A stretch of DNA of 49,494 nt, taken from contig KZ538756.1 in assembly GCA_000934665.2 (NCBI GenBank), positions 1-49,494 of the forward strand, given 5' to 3'. A program made the position numbers and the translations under genes. The DNA is from Catajapyx aquilonaris (Eukaryota). Positions 1 to 11,742 of the stretch are shown in pieces. The notes beneath the pieces are model-generated. The model was not told the DNA's origin and made no database searches. It saw only the letters and a list, made by a program, of their open reading frames with translations. How positions within the stretch are numbered: the first letter of the stretch is position 1; each line of letters begins with the position of its first letter.

Positions 1-197
1 ACAACTGCGCGCCACCTATCAACAAAACAGTCCGCTCGACTAGCGCCTATCGCGTGACGCGTCTGAGCGCACCCGTTCCTTGTCTATGAACCCCCTCCAG
101 ATGGCGTTTCCGGACACCGGTTCCTATGTCAAAAATACTTGTCTTGGTCCCCTCTATTACCCCTGAAAGTCTTTGCAGAGTTACAATAAACACCCTG
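1..197. mobile_element. End of a non-autonomous Tc1/mariner-type DNA element (copy 1 of a dispersed repeat), in a lipase intron
   Basis: Ends AAACACCCTG followed by TA (198-199), a CAGGGTG-type terminus with TA target. A clearly homologous copy in the same orientation lies at 46733-46930 (shared GTCTGAGCGCACCCGTTCCTTGT, AGATGGCGTTTCCGGACAC, TTGTCTTGGTCCCCT). Confidence 0.8.
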
Positions 198-229
198 TAT
201 GTGATAAATTCTGTACATTTCATTTACAG

Positions 230-761
230 ACTTGGTTTCCAATAATAGCTCACAAAGTGAGCGAGGGCACATCCTCACGTGTGATAGCCCATTTGGCACA
301 GATGATTCCCACAGGACTCTTCCAGCAGTATGACCATGGCATTTTGACCAATTTGTTCAAATATGGAGCAATTTTTCCTCCTTCATATCAACTGGGAAAG
401 GTGGCATGTCGGGTAGCCTTGTTCTGGAGTAAGGATGATGTCATTGCACCAAAGTCGGTGGGTATCACATAACACGTTGTTTGTCTTCTTGAATGAAATA
501 TTGGCAGCTCTTTAGGCCTTCGAGAAATGAATACCAAACATGGTGTAGGCTGTGCGATTTCTGTTCTGTTTATATTGGCAAGACCTCAATTTATTTCAGG
601 ATGTGGAGGAATTGCGTCTGCAACTTCCCAACGTGGTTGCAGATGAAAAAGCAAAAGTGGACTTTATGCATTTGGACTATGTGTTTGGAATAGATGCAAA
701 CAGAGTTGCTTACATGAGCATCATGGAGCAAATGGAAAAGTTTTCCACTACAGAAGTGTAG
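230..761 (+). CDS. Acid lipase / lipase 3-like (gastric/lysosomal acid lipase family), last two coding exons; 5' part outside the window
   Basis: Exons 230-457 (cag|ACT ... TCG|gtgggt) and 600-761 (ttcag|GAT ... TAG). Protein ...GTSSRVIAHLAQ...FQQYDHG...KYG..PPSYQL..V...VALFWSKDDVIAPKS/DVEELRLQLPNVV...DFMHLDYVFGIDA...Y matches the acid-lipase C-terminus, with the catalytic Asp (DD.IA, cf. ND.LA) and His (FMHLDY, cf. FNHLDF). AATAAA at 784-789. Confidence 0.9.
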
Positions 762-858
762 AACTGTAAATTGGAAACGGTCTAATAAATGGGACAAGAG
801 TTCTTGTTTAACAATTTTACTTTCCTAAATTGGCAATAGCTTTGTATGTATATGTTTA

Positions 859-3800
859 TTAAAGGTCTGCAGTGCTTGCTCTGGGAGTTGGCAAAAGTAG
901 GTGTTGCTTTGGGTAGAAGCGCCATGCTGCCATGAAGAATGCCACAGAAAGTCCTTTGCAGATAACCAGTAGTGTTACCATGTACCTGTTGGGGAAAGAA
1001 GCTGGTGAGACTTGGGGTACCTAAATTTGCATGGTGTTATATCATGATAGTGTAAATGTTTGGTAGCCTAAATAAAATAATTATTTCAGTCATGGCTGTT
1101 GTGTGTTCACTGTTACCAGAATGTGGTAGAACCGGGTAGAACATATTTGTTGCAGTTCTCAAATATTGAGCCAATTTATAATTCACTGTCAAATGTGGAT
1201 ATCCGGAAATGCAGGACCTAATCATGCTGTGTGTATGTCAGTTCAAGGAATACAGCCAGTCCCTGACTTACTTAAGTTGATCGTTCCACAACATTATGTG
1301 AGTTGAATTTTATGTAAACTCAAAATTATACGGCACACTCTACTGCACTTTATACATCGCTGCAGTACAGGAGTCCCTCTTGTTTTTAATTTAGGTCAGC
1401 AGGCAGCAGGTGCGAGCAGGAAGGGATTCACAGAGAGGCCAAAAAGCTGGGTGCAAATGTCTGTCGGATATAGGGTCTACCGTATAGGTCTATGCGAAAG
1501 TTCGTGCGTTTTTTATGCAAAATTGAAAATCTGTTAAAACTAGTAGGAAATCATATAGTGTATTTATCAAAATATTGACCATCACTTTCTACTTTCAACA
1601 ACCCTCTGCCAACATTGGGGGAGCAGATGAATGCCCCTGGTCAAGGTTTCTGGGCTTTGACTCAAAGATGTCAACCCCCATTTCTCAACATTGGTTAGAC
1701 TAGTGAAGTGCTTGGCAGACAAGCCATGTTGCATAGAATGGAACAGGTGGTATTCCCAAGGTATTCCAAAGAGGAAATGTCTCGCAAGTACACTGGATGC
1801 TGGAGCACTTCCCATCCCAGCTCCAGTGACATCTTTTTGTCACTCTCATCGTTGTTTGAAAAATAAAGAGAAAACAGTGGCGAAGGTGGGTTTTGTAGGG
1901 GATTCATCTCGAAATGAGGGCAAAACAGCGACTGCGAGAGCAGAACTTTACACAAATATAATCCACTTCTGCCTATAAAAAGTTATCAGAACTAACCTGC
2001 TGAATTTCATGTTTTCGTAGTACACACAGGCTTTGACATCAGATTTTGGGCGTCCTGGGTCCCACTCCTTACATGATCTGTCCACTACATGTCCAAAAAG
2101 CACAGGGCCAGGTATAGTACCAACCAAGCGTATGGTAAACCACTGGAGGGCCAGGGCTACAGCCCTCTCATCCACATCTACACATCTGATGGATGCAGTA
2201 AGGGCAGGTATTCCCATCATGAAGGTGGTTGTAATGGCAAAGAAAGCCAGCCCCAATAACACGGGTATCAGTTTTCTGCAGTCCCTCAGTGTTGTGTGCA
2301 AGGTGCAGGTTCCCGGTTCTGGTGTGTCTTGTAGATCTACTTCTGCCTCCCGGAGATTCACATCATGCAATTGATTGGGAGGATTTGTAGTGTTGCAGTC
2401 ATTGCAATCTGCTGAAAAATTCATCAGGTTCTCAGGTTAGTGAAGACATCTTAGGTAAATGATAGTAAATTGATTGTACAATATCATTTTTCAGTTAAAT
2501 CCATTTACTTTTTGACTCGAGACCTGAGAATATTTTCCAAGCAAATGATCACATTGAACTTCAGAATATGACGCTAGAGAGATCTTAGAATTATGTTCAC
2601 AGTGGTAGGCCTATTTAATGCCTTTTGAAATGCAGGTTGAGACTTTCTGAATTTCTTTTGGTCGATTGAAATTTTGATCCACGTCCTTCATAATATCAAG
2701 GAGAGAGTGAATGAACGTTGAAGCAATGAAGTGGGCAAATATTATTCAAAAATGGCCTAACCTGAATAATCAAATATTTTTGAAGTCTGGTCCTCTGTAT
2801 CACATTTACAATTAGTAAAGGAAGTTTTTTCCTCTATCTTTTGGCATCCAGCATAGCATGGGGACCGGAAGCCTTTATGTTTGAAACAGACCACTGGCTG
2901 AAAGACGCCCTTATTACAGGAACAATTAGCAGCGCACGCAGCACTCTCTTCTATGGTGTTCAGCGGTGGCTCAGGGCATTGAAGCAGGAATCCTAGGCAT
3001 ATTATGAGGGCAGTCATGGATGTCAGAGCGCACATTCGGGGGATGCCCCTTCCTGAGATATATCCACGGCTCACCAAGTAGCTGCTCAGCCAGCAGCCGA
3101 TTGCTGCAGCAGGGATCAAAACTGCTCCTGAAACAAGCTGGATATTAGCACAGAAGAGATGCAGGAGACAAAGAATGCACAGGAAATTAATTAAAAGGTC
3201 TCTCAGTAGGAATAAAAATAATTGAGAACTGCTGGTTACCATGCAGAATGTCTATAATATATCCCATACTGCAGGTCATAAGTAATTTCTAACCAATAAT
3301 TATCTGAAGTCACCAAACCTCGATTTTCGCTCTCTCAAATGTTTATAAGGTAATTAGTGTTGTTATTACTACATTTCCTCACCAACAATAATTGAAGCGT
3401 CAGATGATGAGAAGGTGAATTGGTTTTGGAAGTACTTGGGCAGGAAGGTGGACAGACCCGATATAATCATTCCCTCACTACCTCCCGATAAGGTGAGGAA
3501 GAAGAAGGGAGCGTTGGAGAATAGGGATGCAAAGGCCCACATTAGCTCCTGGAATGAGCCCAGACCAGGAGGGATCCTATTATCTGCAGGCAGGATAGAT
3601 TATCATTTATCAACTTACAGCATATACCGGTATATTTCAGTGACACTTACTGTTGAGACTTCTGGAGAAGGTGAGAAATGGTATGCCAAGAAACAAGCAC
3701 AATGTGCCAGTCACTAAGAATCCCAACCACCATGCACCAACCCAACTGCTTGAACTAGGTGTCAAACTGAGGCTATTTTGAGAAAGAGAGAATGAGACAG

Positions 3801-5444
3801 GGGGAGGGGGCGGTCGGGCGGAGAAGCATTTGTCATTTCAGGACTCCTGTTTGATTTATGTAACATTTGAAGAATTCAAGTAGTACCTTGCTGGATCCAC
3901 CTTCCAGTCCACATATATATCTAGGAAGAAATAGTTGAGGAGGAATCCTAATGTTGTTCCTAGGATGGCTGCTGCGTAGAAAATACCTGAAACAAATTGT
4001 GGGAAAAAGTATCAGTATACTACACACTTGCACTGAGAAATGATTTTTAGCTGAGAAAATGCAGCTAATTCCTTAATATTGTGGTAAGTCAAATGAATGC
4101 GAACAAAAGGAACCAAATAAATTCTTTTTCCCGGCAGAGACTGGGCGATATTTCTAGTTTAATAATAATCGAGAGAGCTCATTGCATGCACTCTTGCAGT
4201 CCTGCAGGGAAAAATAATATTAGGAAACACACAGGTTAAGGCCAGAAATGACATTCAGCAGTTGGCACACCCTGATGAGGCATGGTGTGACAACAGTATT
4301 TAAGCCCACCCTGTTACAAACAGGTGGAATGAGGTTTTCAAGTAGATCTGTTCAAATCTGTCGCTCACAGACGGAGAACAAATGGACAGATCCAATTGAA
4401 AACAGTCCGTGCGAACAAGACTAATCCTATGTAGTTTTGTAGATATAACTTAGCATCGTGTCGAATTACCAAAGTGATCTCACCCACAAAGAGTGCGCTC
4501 TTCTTAGGGCCGATGTTCTCTTCCAAGTAAGAAACTCCAAGCGTGAACATGGGAGCTGCTCCTGTCCCATGCAAGAACTGTCCCAGCAGGAGAATATAAA
4601 ATGGTCTTCTGTTCAAGAAGTTGTCTGAACTGCCCGGCAAGTCACGTGAAGATAGAGTAGCATTCTTTAAAGGATCGCAAAGGTCTGGTCTCGAAAAATC
4701 GTTTGTCATAGTTGTCAAATGAGCTGCCTGAGTGATGAAGTGTGGCAAGGCAAAAGTGAAGGAGCCAATTGCAATCAGGAATACTCCTGCAGAGATCCAC
4801 CGGGGCTTGGAAGCCTCTGGACGCCCACCCAGACAGGCCACAGGAATAACAGCCACAGTGAAGCCCACATCGTACATGGCTGACACCATACCACTTTGTC
4901 TCGATGTTAATCCAAAGCGCTTCTCAATAGATGTGATTACTGTTTTCACCATGCCATTCACTACTGCACCTATTCAAGTGAGAGCCAAATGTGTTTCAGG
5001 CATGTGTAAAGTTATTACCCTCTTTTGGCTAAAACTGGCTTGTCATGAATTGTACCAGTAACTTATGTCACTATACTTACCTTGGATGGCGCCAGCGCAG
5101 GAGAGCCACACCAGCAGCCATATGTGCGAGGTTGTCGTTACAAATAGTGCACTACTAGGAACAGGAAGTGGCTCTTCGAATACCTGAGCAGTATTGATTG
5201 ATGTTACTAGTAAAGACCCTGTAATGCCTCTTGGGTCATATCAGGCACACCATTTAGTGCAATTTGGCACTTACAGGAAATATAAAAATTGCAAAAATTG
5301 CAAAGATTGCACTAAATGGTGTGCCAGATATGACCCAGTGGGCATTACAGGGTTAAAGTCATTTTTTGAATGAATACCTACCACTACTTGCTTATTTTTT
5401 TCTTTAGCTTTCCCATCTTGTGTGCCCTTCCGATCATCTGCCAT
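859..5444 (-). CDS. OATP-A: organic anion transporting polypeptide, divergent SLCO4/Oatp26F-like paralog, 660 aa
   Basis: Exons (minus): 5444-5382, 5183-5081, 4969-4484, 3986-3887, 3772-3651, 3583-3383, 3127-2762, 2411-1997 (NAGNAG alternative start 2408), 985-859. All introns are GT-AG, phases are consistent, total 1983 nt. Motifs: ITSIEKRFGLTSRQSG, SKPRWI, GQFLHGTGAAPMFTLGVSYLEEN, signature SSWVGAWWLGFL, FLPKYFQNQF, Kazal-like C.C...PVVC...SPCYAGC, IRLVGTIPGPVLFG, TM12 YMVTLLVICKGLSVAFFMAAW. The first exon (MADDRKGTQDGKAKEKNKQVV) is the least certain. Confidence 0.92.
1485..1765 (-). mobile_element. Degenerate mariner transposon 3' end (transposase C-terminus plus TIR) in the last intron of OATP-A
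   Basis: Minus-strand translation YHLFHSMQHGLSAKHFTSLTNVEKW...RGIHLLPQCWQRVVES, then after a frameshift VESDGQYFD, matches the mariner C-terminus (DYHLF.SM...L....F...GI..LP.RW.KVV..DG.YF). TIR-like TAGGTCTATGCGAAAGTTCGTGCGTTTTT preceded by TA at 1483-1484. Confidence 0.85.
5217..5352. mobile_element. piggyBac-type MITE in OATP-A intron 1
   Basis: 47-bp terminal inverted repeats, 43/47 identical (CCCTGTAATGCC...GGGTCATATC.GGCACACCATTTAGTGCAAT). CCC...GGG ends, TTAA at 5353-5356; the left target site is degenerate (AAGA). Confidence 0.8.
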
Positions 5445-5488
5445 ACCCAAAACTTGGTATCAGAATGGTAACCATCTATTACAAAAGT

Positions 5489-5494
5489 TTTATT
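5489..5494 (-). terminator. Probable polyadenylation signal of OATP-B
   Basis: The only AATAAA I found on the minus strand between the OATP-B stop (5668) and the OATP-A ATG (5444). Confidence 0.6.
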
Positions 5495-5667
5495 TGTTTC
5501 CATAACAACAACAACAACAATTGATACGAGCATCAAAAATATAGAGAGCAAAAATACTGACACGACTGACACCATTCACCGCAAAAGGAATGGCCTCACA
5601 GACACATACAAATTAATACACAACACATACACACAAACAAACGCAGATCCACAACGTATTAGCGAGC

Positions 5668-8663
5668 TCACTGAGTTCCGCCATTCGCTATGGGGTCAGG
5701 CATAACTCTGACGGGGGGCTTGTACAGTTTCCAGGCCAGGAAAAAAAATATGAAGGTGATTCCCTTACAGCATGTCACCAGTATAAGAATATACCTGCTG
5801 AGTAACTCATTAGAGTATAGGCGGCAATTGCCCGCCTCATTGCATTGACTCTGCCATAATTGGCATGTGGTGTCGATAACGGCTCCAAACACCATTGGAC
5901 CAGGAATGGATCCCAGAATCCTTAGAAGTACCCACTGAATACCCAGTCCTAGAGATCTTTCTTCACTGCTCACACACCTGATCAGAAGTCAAAAATGTGT
6001 GAATTTTACATCCGCATGTTTCTTTTCAAGTTATGTGGTATCAAACAACATTACCTTAGTGTTGCTGACAAGCTTGGGATTGTTGTTAGGAACGTTGCTA
6101 TCATGCAGAAGAGAAGGGCAGTAAGATATACTGGTAAGAGGTTACATTCGGAGGAGCAGTTTTCCCTCATGGCTTCTACCATCTGAGGCTTTCCTTCAAT
6201 CTCCATTTGACTGGAACTGCCATCCACAATGCAGCTACAATTTGTGTATGCCTGAAATAAACACCATCAGTGCATCAGCTGTGGAATGGTGTGACATGCA
6301 GGAGGAGTTGTCGGTACAGTACCGTTGTGGTGTTAGTTTTTAGACGAATTCTGCATCCAGCATAACATGGGGAGTAAAACATGATATTGTTGCTTCCACA
6401 AACAGGGTCATACAATGATGGTGAGCAGTGGCAGTCTGAGTTGCACCAACTGTCTAGACGTCCTGGTGCTAAACCACTCTCCGTGCCAGGCCTGTTAAGT
6501 GTGGACAACAACACAAGTAATTTTCATTGCAACAGTGTGTAAAATATTATAATATAGAAACCGTATCAACACTTGATGCGGCACCATACTGTGGTGGGTA
6601 GGAAGTGTTCACTCCAGGAGAAGACATGTCGGGACAATTTGCGATGAACACAAAACAAAGGAAGAAGGCGGCAGCAGAAGCTACAATGCATGTCTTGAGC
6701 ATGCCTGCACATTTCATTCGGAACCGTTTGACGATGTATCCACCAAGGAAGGTTCCTCCTCCACCTCCTGGCACAGTGACAATGCCCACAAGAAAGGCAG
6801 CAAATGCCTGAGTCATTGCAAATTGGCTCTCCAGGAACTTGGGCAAGAAGGCAGCCAGCCCACTTATAAGTAAACCATCCACTCCTCCAGCCAGGCTCAA
6901 AAACAGGAAAGGTGGATTCCGCAGGAGAGACTTGGCTGCTACAGGAATTTGGGAGAATGACTGGAGCGAGGACTGGAGGGCCATGGGTGCTGCTCTTGGA
7001 GAATCCGCTTCCTCCTCTTCATCTTCATTCGCCTCCGGGTTCGCCTCTTTGTTTCGGGCCTCTCCTGGATTTTGACGCTCCTGCTGATGCTTTTTACTTT
7101 GGTGTGCTTCTGACACTTTTGCTGCCTGGATTTCAGCTGACCCTACCAATATTGGAAAATGCAGGTTAAGTATGACTTTCTGGCTGTTGACTGAACAAAC
7201 GGGGTCGTGGAAGTTAAATTCGCAACATTTCCTATCTCGATGCCATCTAAGGCACGTAGATCAATATTGAATGAAGAATATTTCTAGTATATACAACACT
7301 TAAAATTTGAACATTGTGCTATAATAATTATTTATTACTTCCAAATTAGTGCTAGCATGGTGCTAGTAACCTAGATTTGTCAAAACTTACCCGGCAATGA
7401 CGGAGGAAAGGCAAGAAGAGGAATTGCGCCTAATAGGCCCATCAATCCGGTCAGGACAAATCCTATCCACCAGGCACCGACCCACAGGTTACTCTCTGGT
7501 GTTAGGCCTAATCTGCCAACAAATGACGAAACAAACTGTGATGAGTTGCCAACATTCATCACTTCATTATTTTAGCATGCCTCACTAATCACTAATATCT
7601 CACAAAAATACACACCCTTGCTTTGAGAATTTGGATGTCTCTTACCTCTGAGGATCAACCTCTCCTACATCCACATATATCCTTAAAAACACGTTGCCTA
7701 GCATGTACCCACAGGCAGGTCCAAGAATAGCCATCGTGTAAAAAATGGCTGCAGAACAAGCACTACATTAGCCACTACATAAGGTATGGATCATAAGTGA
7801 TTTGTGTGGGGAAAGGTCGCATGCAAAGTGTCAATGACCCACCTACATAGAGAGCAGACCTAGCTGTGTCCACACTGTCATCTAGAAATGCTACTCCTAA
7901 CGTGTAGAGAGGAGCGGCTCCAAGACCATGCATGGCTTGCCCTACCATGAAAAAGACAAGGCTCCAGGAGGAACTCACATGGGCTGCACTTGAACTTGCA
8001 TCACAGCTCGTAGGGTCAGAATGGAAAGAGGAGTTTGGACTGCAAGTTTTGACGCCACTGCAGAAGAGAAATGAGTATTAAAACTAGTATTGTGAGTTGC
8101 AGTGCCCCCGTGCTCACCCTTGATGCTGTTGATCTTCGGTTTCATAGGTGCCGAACACAACCCTTGGCAGCGCAAACATGAGCGATCCGAGGCTGAGGAG
8201 GGCAATCCCTGTTCCGATCCACCTGGGCTTGGAAGCCTGTGGCCTGGCTCCCAGGTAGGCGATAGGGATGAGGCCCACCAGAGAGGCCATGTCGTACCCA
8301 CTGGCCACCATCCCACTGGACTTAGAACTCAGTCCATATCGCCTCTCGATGGTTGTGATAACCACATTTACAAATCCATTTACCACCATTCCTTATTGGG
8401 AAGAACATTATTATGCTTATACATACAGCAGTGAGAGCAATTGGCAGTATACCTTGCACTGCTGAGGCCCAACAGAGACAAAGGAGCAGCCATTTGGGAG
8501 ATCGGAACCTCTGGAGAAATTGTGGTCGGAAGTGCCAGACTCCGCATTGGGTTAGGACGTCGTCGTCAGGTGCTTTGGTCGCGGCGACGGTCGGCGCAGG
8601 ACCTACACTGCTGCCGTTGGGTTCAAGAACCTCCTCTGGGTCGAAGGCTGGGTTGACCGACAT
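5668..8663 (-). CDS. Oatp26F: OATP-B: organic anion transporting polypeptide, SLCO4A1/Oatp26F-like, 717 aa
   Basis: Exons (minus): 8663-8453, 8391-8118, 8057-7843, 7748-7646, 7512-7391, 7142-6590, 6491-6323, 6251-6055, 5977-5668. All GT-AG, total 2154 nt in frame. Motifs: [14 protein letters not shown]...[57 protein letters not shown], signature [21 protein letters not shown], Kazal [41 protein letters not shown]. The orthology name is from recalled similarity, not a search. Confidence 0.93.
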
Positions 8664-10272
8664 GATGGCGCGCTGGCGCCAAATGCCTGAAACGACAGTA
8701 CATGACGATGTCATTACATCGTGTTTGGGGCATATCCCAGGGCGGACGGTCAATAATAATAAATGTTTTTTTGTTTATGGATCCGGAATATCGCCTGCAT
8801 GCATTATTCGCAGAAAAAATGCAACATGTGTTCAGGATGTAGCGCTCGAGTGAAAAACAATGTTTTAGGGAGGAGGCCAACGAACGTGCGTTACATACCG
8901 TCGGTACTACATACGTGCCGATGTTGTCACAACTCATGGTATGTCCGTCAGAGCCATGCCGGTTTAGAGCTCATAAACATTGCTCATAAGTGACGTGCGT
9001 GTTGAATGCCTGCCACAAAAATGTCTGAACAATGATTGCTTATCTCTCGCTGTTAAAACAAACCACTTTGCTAAACTCGAGTCTACGCAATCCTGGAATA
9101 ACTTTTCACGTGTGATGCTAGAGTGTCAGTAGGCTAATCAAAATACAAATCTATGATCTGGCATCGAGTATTCTAAGAGTGTACAGCTGGTAAAAATATT
9201 CAAACAGTGCCTGAACCTCGAAGGTCAGCAAAAGAGACCCCCCTCCGTCTACACTTTATCTCTTCCTCATAGGAAGTATAATAATATTCTTTTCACGTTA
9301 TGTAGATTATCGTTTTCTATTTGAATGACATAAAGAATAGGGTGGGGGAAGTGAGCGTGTATGATATCAGAGTATGATCATACCTATATATAAAAAAAAG
9401 CCGAGGGCATTTCAAAAGGCTATTGGACTCGGTTTATAATTTCATTTGCTTTCATGACGTCAAATATTGGATTAAAGCTTTGTATAAATTATGGCACCGG
9501 CATCGGCACAACTTCCCTTATATACGATGTACATAACCGGTTTTAATCCGCACATGTTGAACTTGAATTGCTCCATGCATTGTGTCGGCGTAGCAGTGTA
9601 CAGTTGTTGATTTCTCTGTTAATGTAATTTGCCAGAGATGCATATGAAATATGTATAAGGTCTTAATCTATTTCTAGATTTATAGGTTGGCACATAATGT
9701 GGCTGCATTGAAGGACGTATCTCGCGTGATTTTTTTACTTATTTCGACATCTCCCCATTATTTTGCTCGTGACTTCCGCCTGGTAAAAATGGTAGACCTA
9801 CAACAACATGTTATCCCAAACTTGTCAACATACGCGCGCCTCTAGATAATTGTTTCTTCCAGTTTATGTGGATCCCGCCCTTGTTTTTCACCATTCCTAT
9901 GCCATCCACATATCATGCCACCTGTTCCCCTCGCGTAATACATTTTCCATCAATAATATTGACCGCTCGCTATATACATTTTGTCCAAAACCACACACAC
10001 AAACTGCACAACACACTAAACCAGGTCAGGCATCACAAACGGTCCGCGCACTTTCTTTCCTGTGTAACTTCCGGGTAGGTCTTTCATAACACTGGAAGAT
10101 GAGCCATTTTTTTTACCTTTTCTCTGGAAATTATCCTGGCCACATATTCACCACAACCGCTCACATGCTCACGCATCCAGCAAGTGAGGTGAATCTCGCA
10201 ACCTGAATTACCAAGGCCGAACATGCACTCCGTCCCACCCCACCTGCGTTCCCCCCCTTCCTATTCACTTAC

Positions 10273-10337
10273 CTGTACATTTTAATTCCACGTAAGACCC
10301 ACCTGAGTGACGTCACCACTTGGTCCTTTCGCACTGA
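10273..10337 (-). promoter_or_regulatory. Candidate core promoter and non-coding first exon of OATP-B
   Basis: Arthropod Inr-like TCAGTG (10337-10332), then two donors CAG|GTGGGT (after 10303) and CAG|GTAAGTG (after 10273), with a CRE palindrome GTGACGTCAC at 10307-10316. A matching acceptor GTTTCAG| lies at 8687, 23 nt before the OATP-B ATG. Confidence 0.4.
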
Positions 10338-11742
10338 ACCCGACTAGAGGGTATTTCGTGGGGAAAAAAAAACATAACTGGACAGTGGCCTAAAGCATGC
10401 AGGTAGGGTTGGAACTATTGCGATGCCATGTTATTATTGGCGATTGTTACGTTTTTTTTGATGCGTGTCTGTTGGGTATGGAGGAGGTCCCGTGTGTGGT
10501 TCTTTTGAAAGGGTTGTCACGCGAGATCGTGTCCTTCCATCCTCGTCTTTCTTGCTGCTGCTGGGACTCGTTCATTCTTTATGGTCAGTTCCGTGGTAAA
10601 TAAAGTCAGGCACGGAATCGGTTGAGTACTGGTCAGATTATGTGGACGTCAGTGGAGGAAAAATAAAGTGCCATATTTTGAATTTTGCATTGGATGGACC
10701 GTTTGGTTCTGATTTATATTTTACGGAGGTTTGATGGGCAGTTCCGCTACTCTACAGCCTATCAAGACTGGTTGTTGAAAAATAAAATTCTGGCCAACTG
10801 TGAGGTATTGGCGGAATATTTTGCAAATGTTGCACCGTTTTGTAGACAGAAACAGTTCACCTAATTGCACCTAATGTGAATGTCCTGAAATTATTTACTT
10901 ATACGTACAGAAAAGTGCACTTAATTGGACTGTGTGGCAGCTGTTGAGGTCATATATATACGTGCAACGTGCATATTATTATGTGTATAATTATAGTACT
11001 GTACAAAACCTGCTGCCCACAATCATTCTGCAGCCGACAGCCGAATTAAGTCTCATTTATCCTAAACAGGCGGCAACAAGCTACTACTTACCTTGCAACT
11101 CTTGAGATTGTGATTTTAATAACCCTTACCTAAATAATCTCGGAATGATCGAAGGAGAAACATCGTCATAACGACTAATACCACTGAATCTTGAGGCTAA
11201 TAACACTCAACTGTGGTCATACATGTTTCCTCCCTTCATGACGACTTGCCGGAATTTGAGTCACAATATTTGTATTCGTTTGAAGGAAACTCTCTTATAT
11301 ACAGCGTATAGCCTGCACTAGCATATAGTCATGTCAATGCGCGATGTTGTTATTATATAGCATGCTTGGTCCTGATAGGATTGTGAGGTAAACAGTGTAG
11401 GCTAAATTTAATGGAAACATAATTATGAGTAGCCTACTATATGCCGGGTGAAACAAAAATCAACTCACATCCATATTGATAAATATACTGTACATACGAG
11501 TAGTGGATGAGTAGGATACTTACTCTCTCCTGAACTTCCTGTAACCTTCAAGTGCGGCAGAGAGTTATGTTTAATACCGTTGTCTATTTAATAGGCATTA
11601 CACCGTTCATGTAACACCGTGACGCTATTGAAGATGGAGGTGATATAGAGGGGAGTTTCCGCCAAATCCCATGTTCATGCTGACTCTAATTGCACCCGTT
11701 AAACTACTACTGTACATAATACAGAACATGCCTACTAGTATA

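Noticed and set aside
1695..1996. ORF read-through past the donor at 1996, or ORF 1695-1955, as the end of OATP-A
   Set aside because: A proper TM12 exon with matching phase exists at 985-859; this stretch is intronic and partly mariner-derived.
5384..5575. 63-aa hydrophobic ORF (MVSVVSVFLLSIFLML...) looking like a small membrane protein
   Set aside because: Its hydrophobicity comes from GT/T-rich 3' UTR sequence and a (GTT)n run, and it overlaps OATP-A exon 1 in another frame.
11444..11700. Possible MITE with CCGGGTG...CACCCG ends
   Set aside because: TIR match too degenerate to support.
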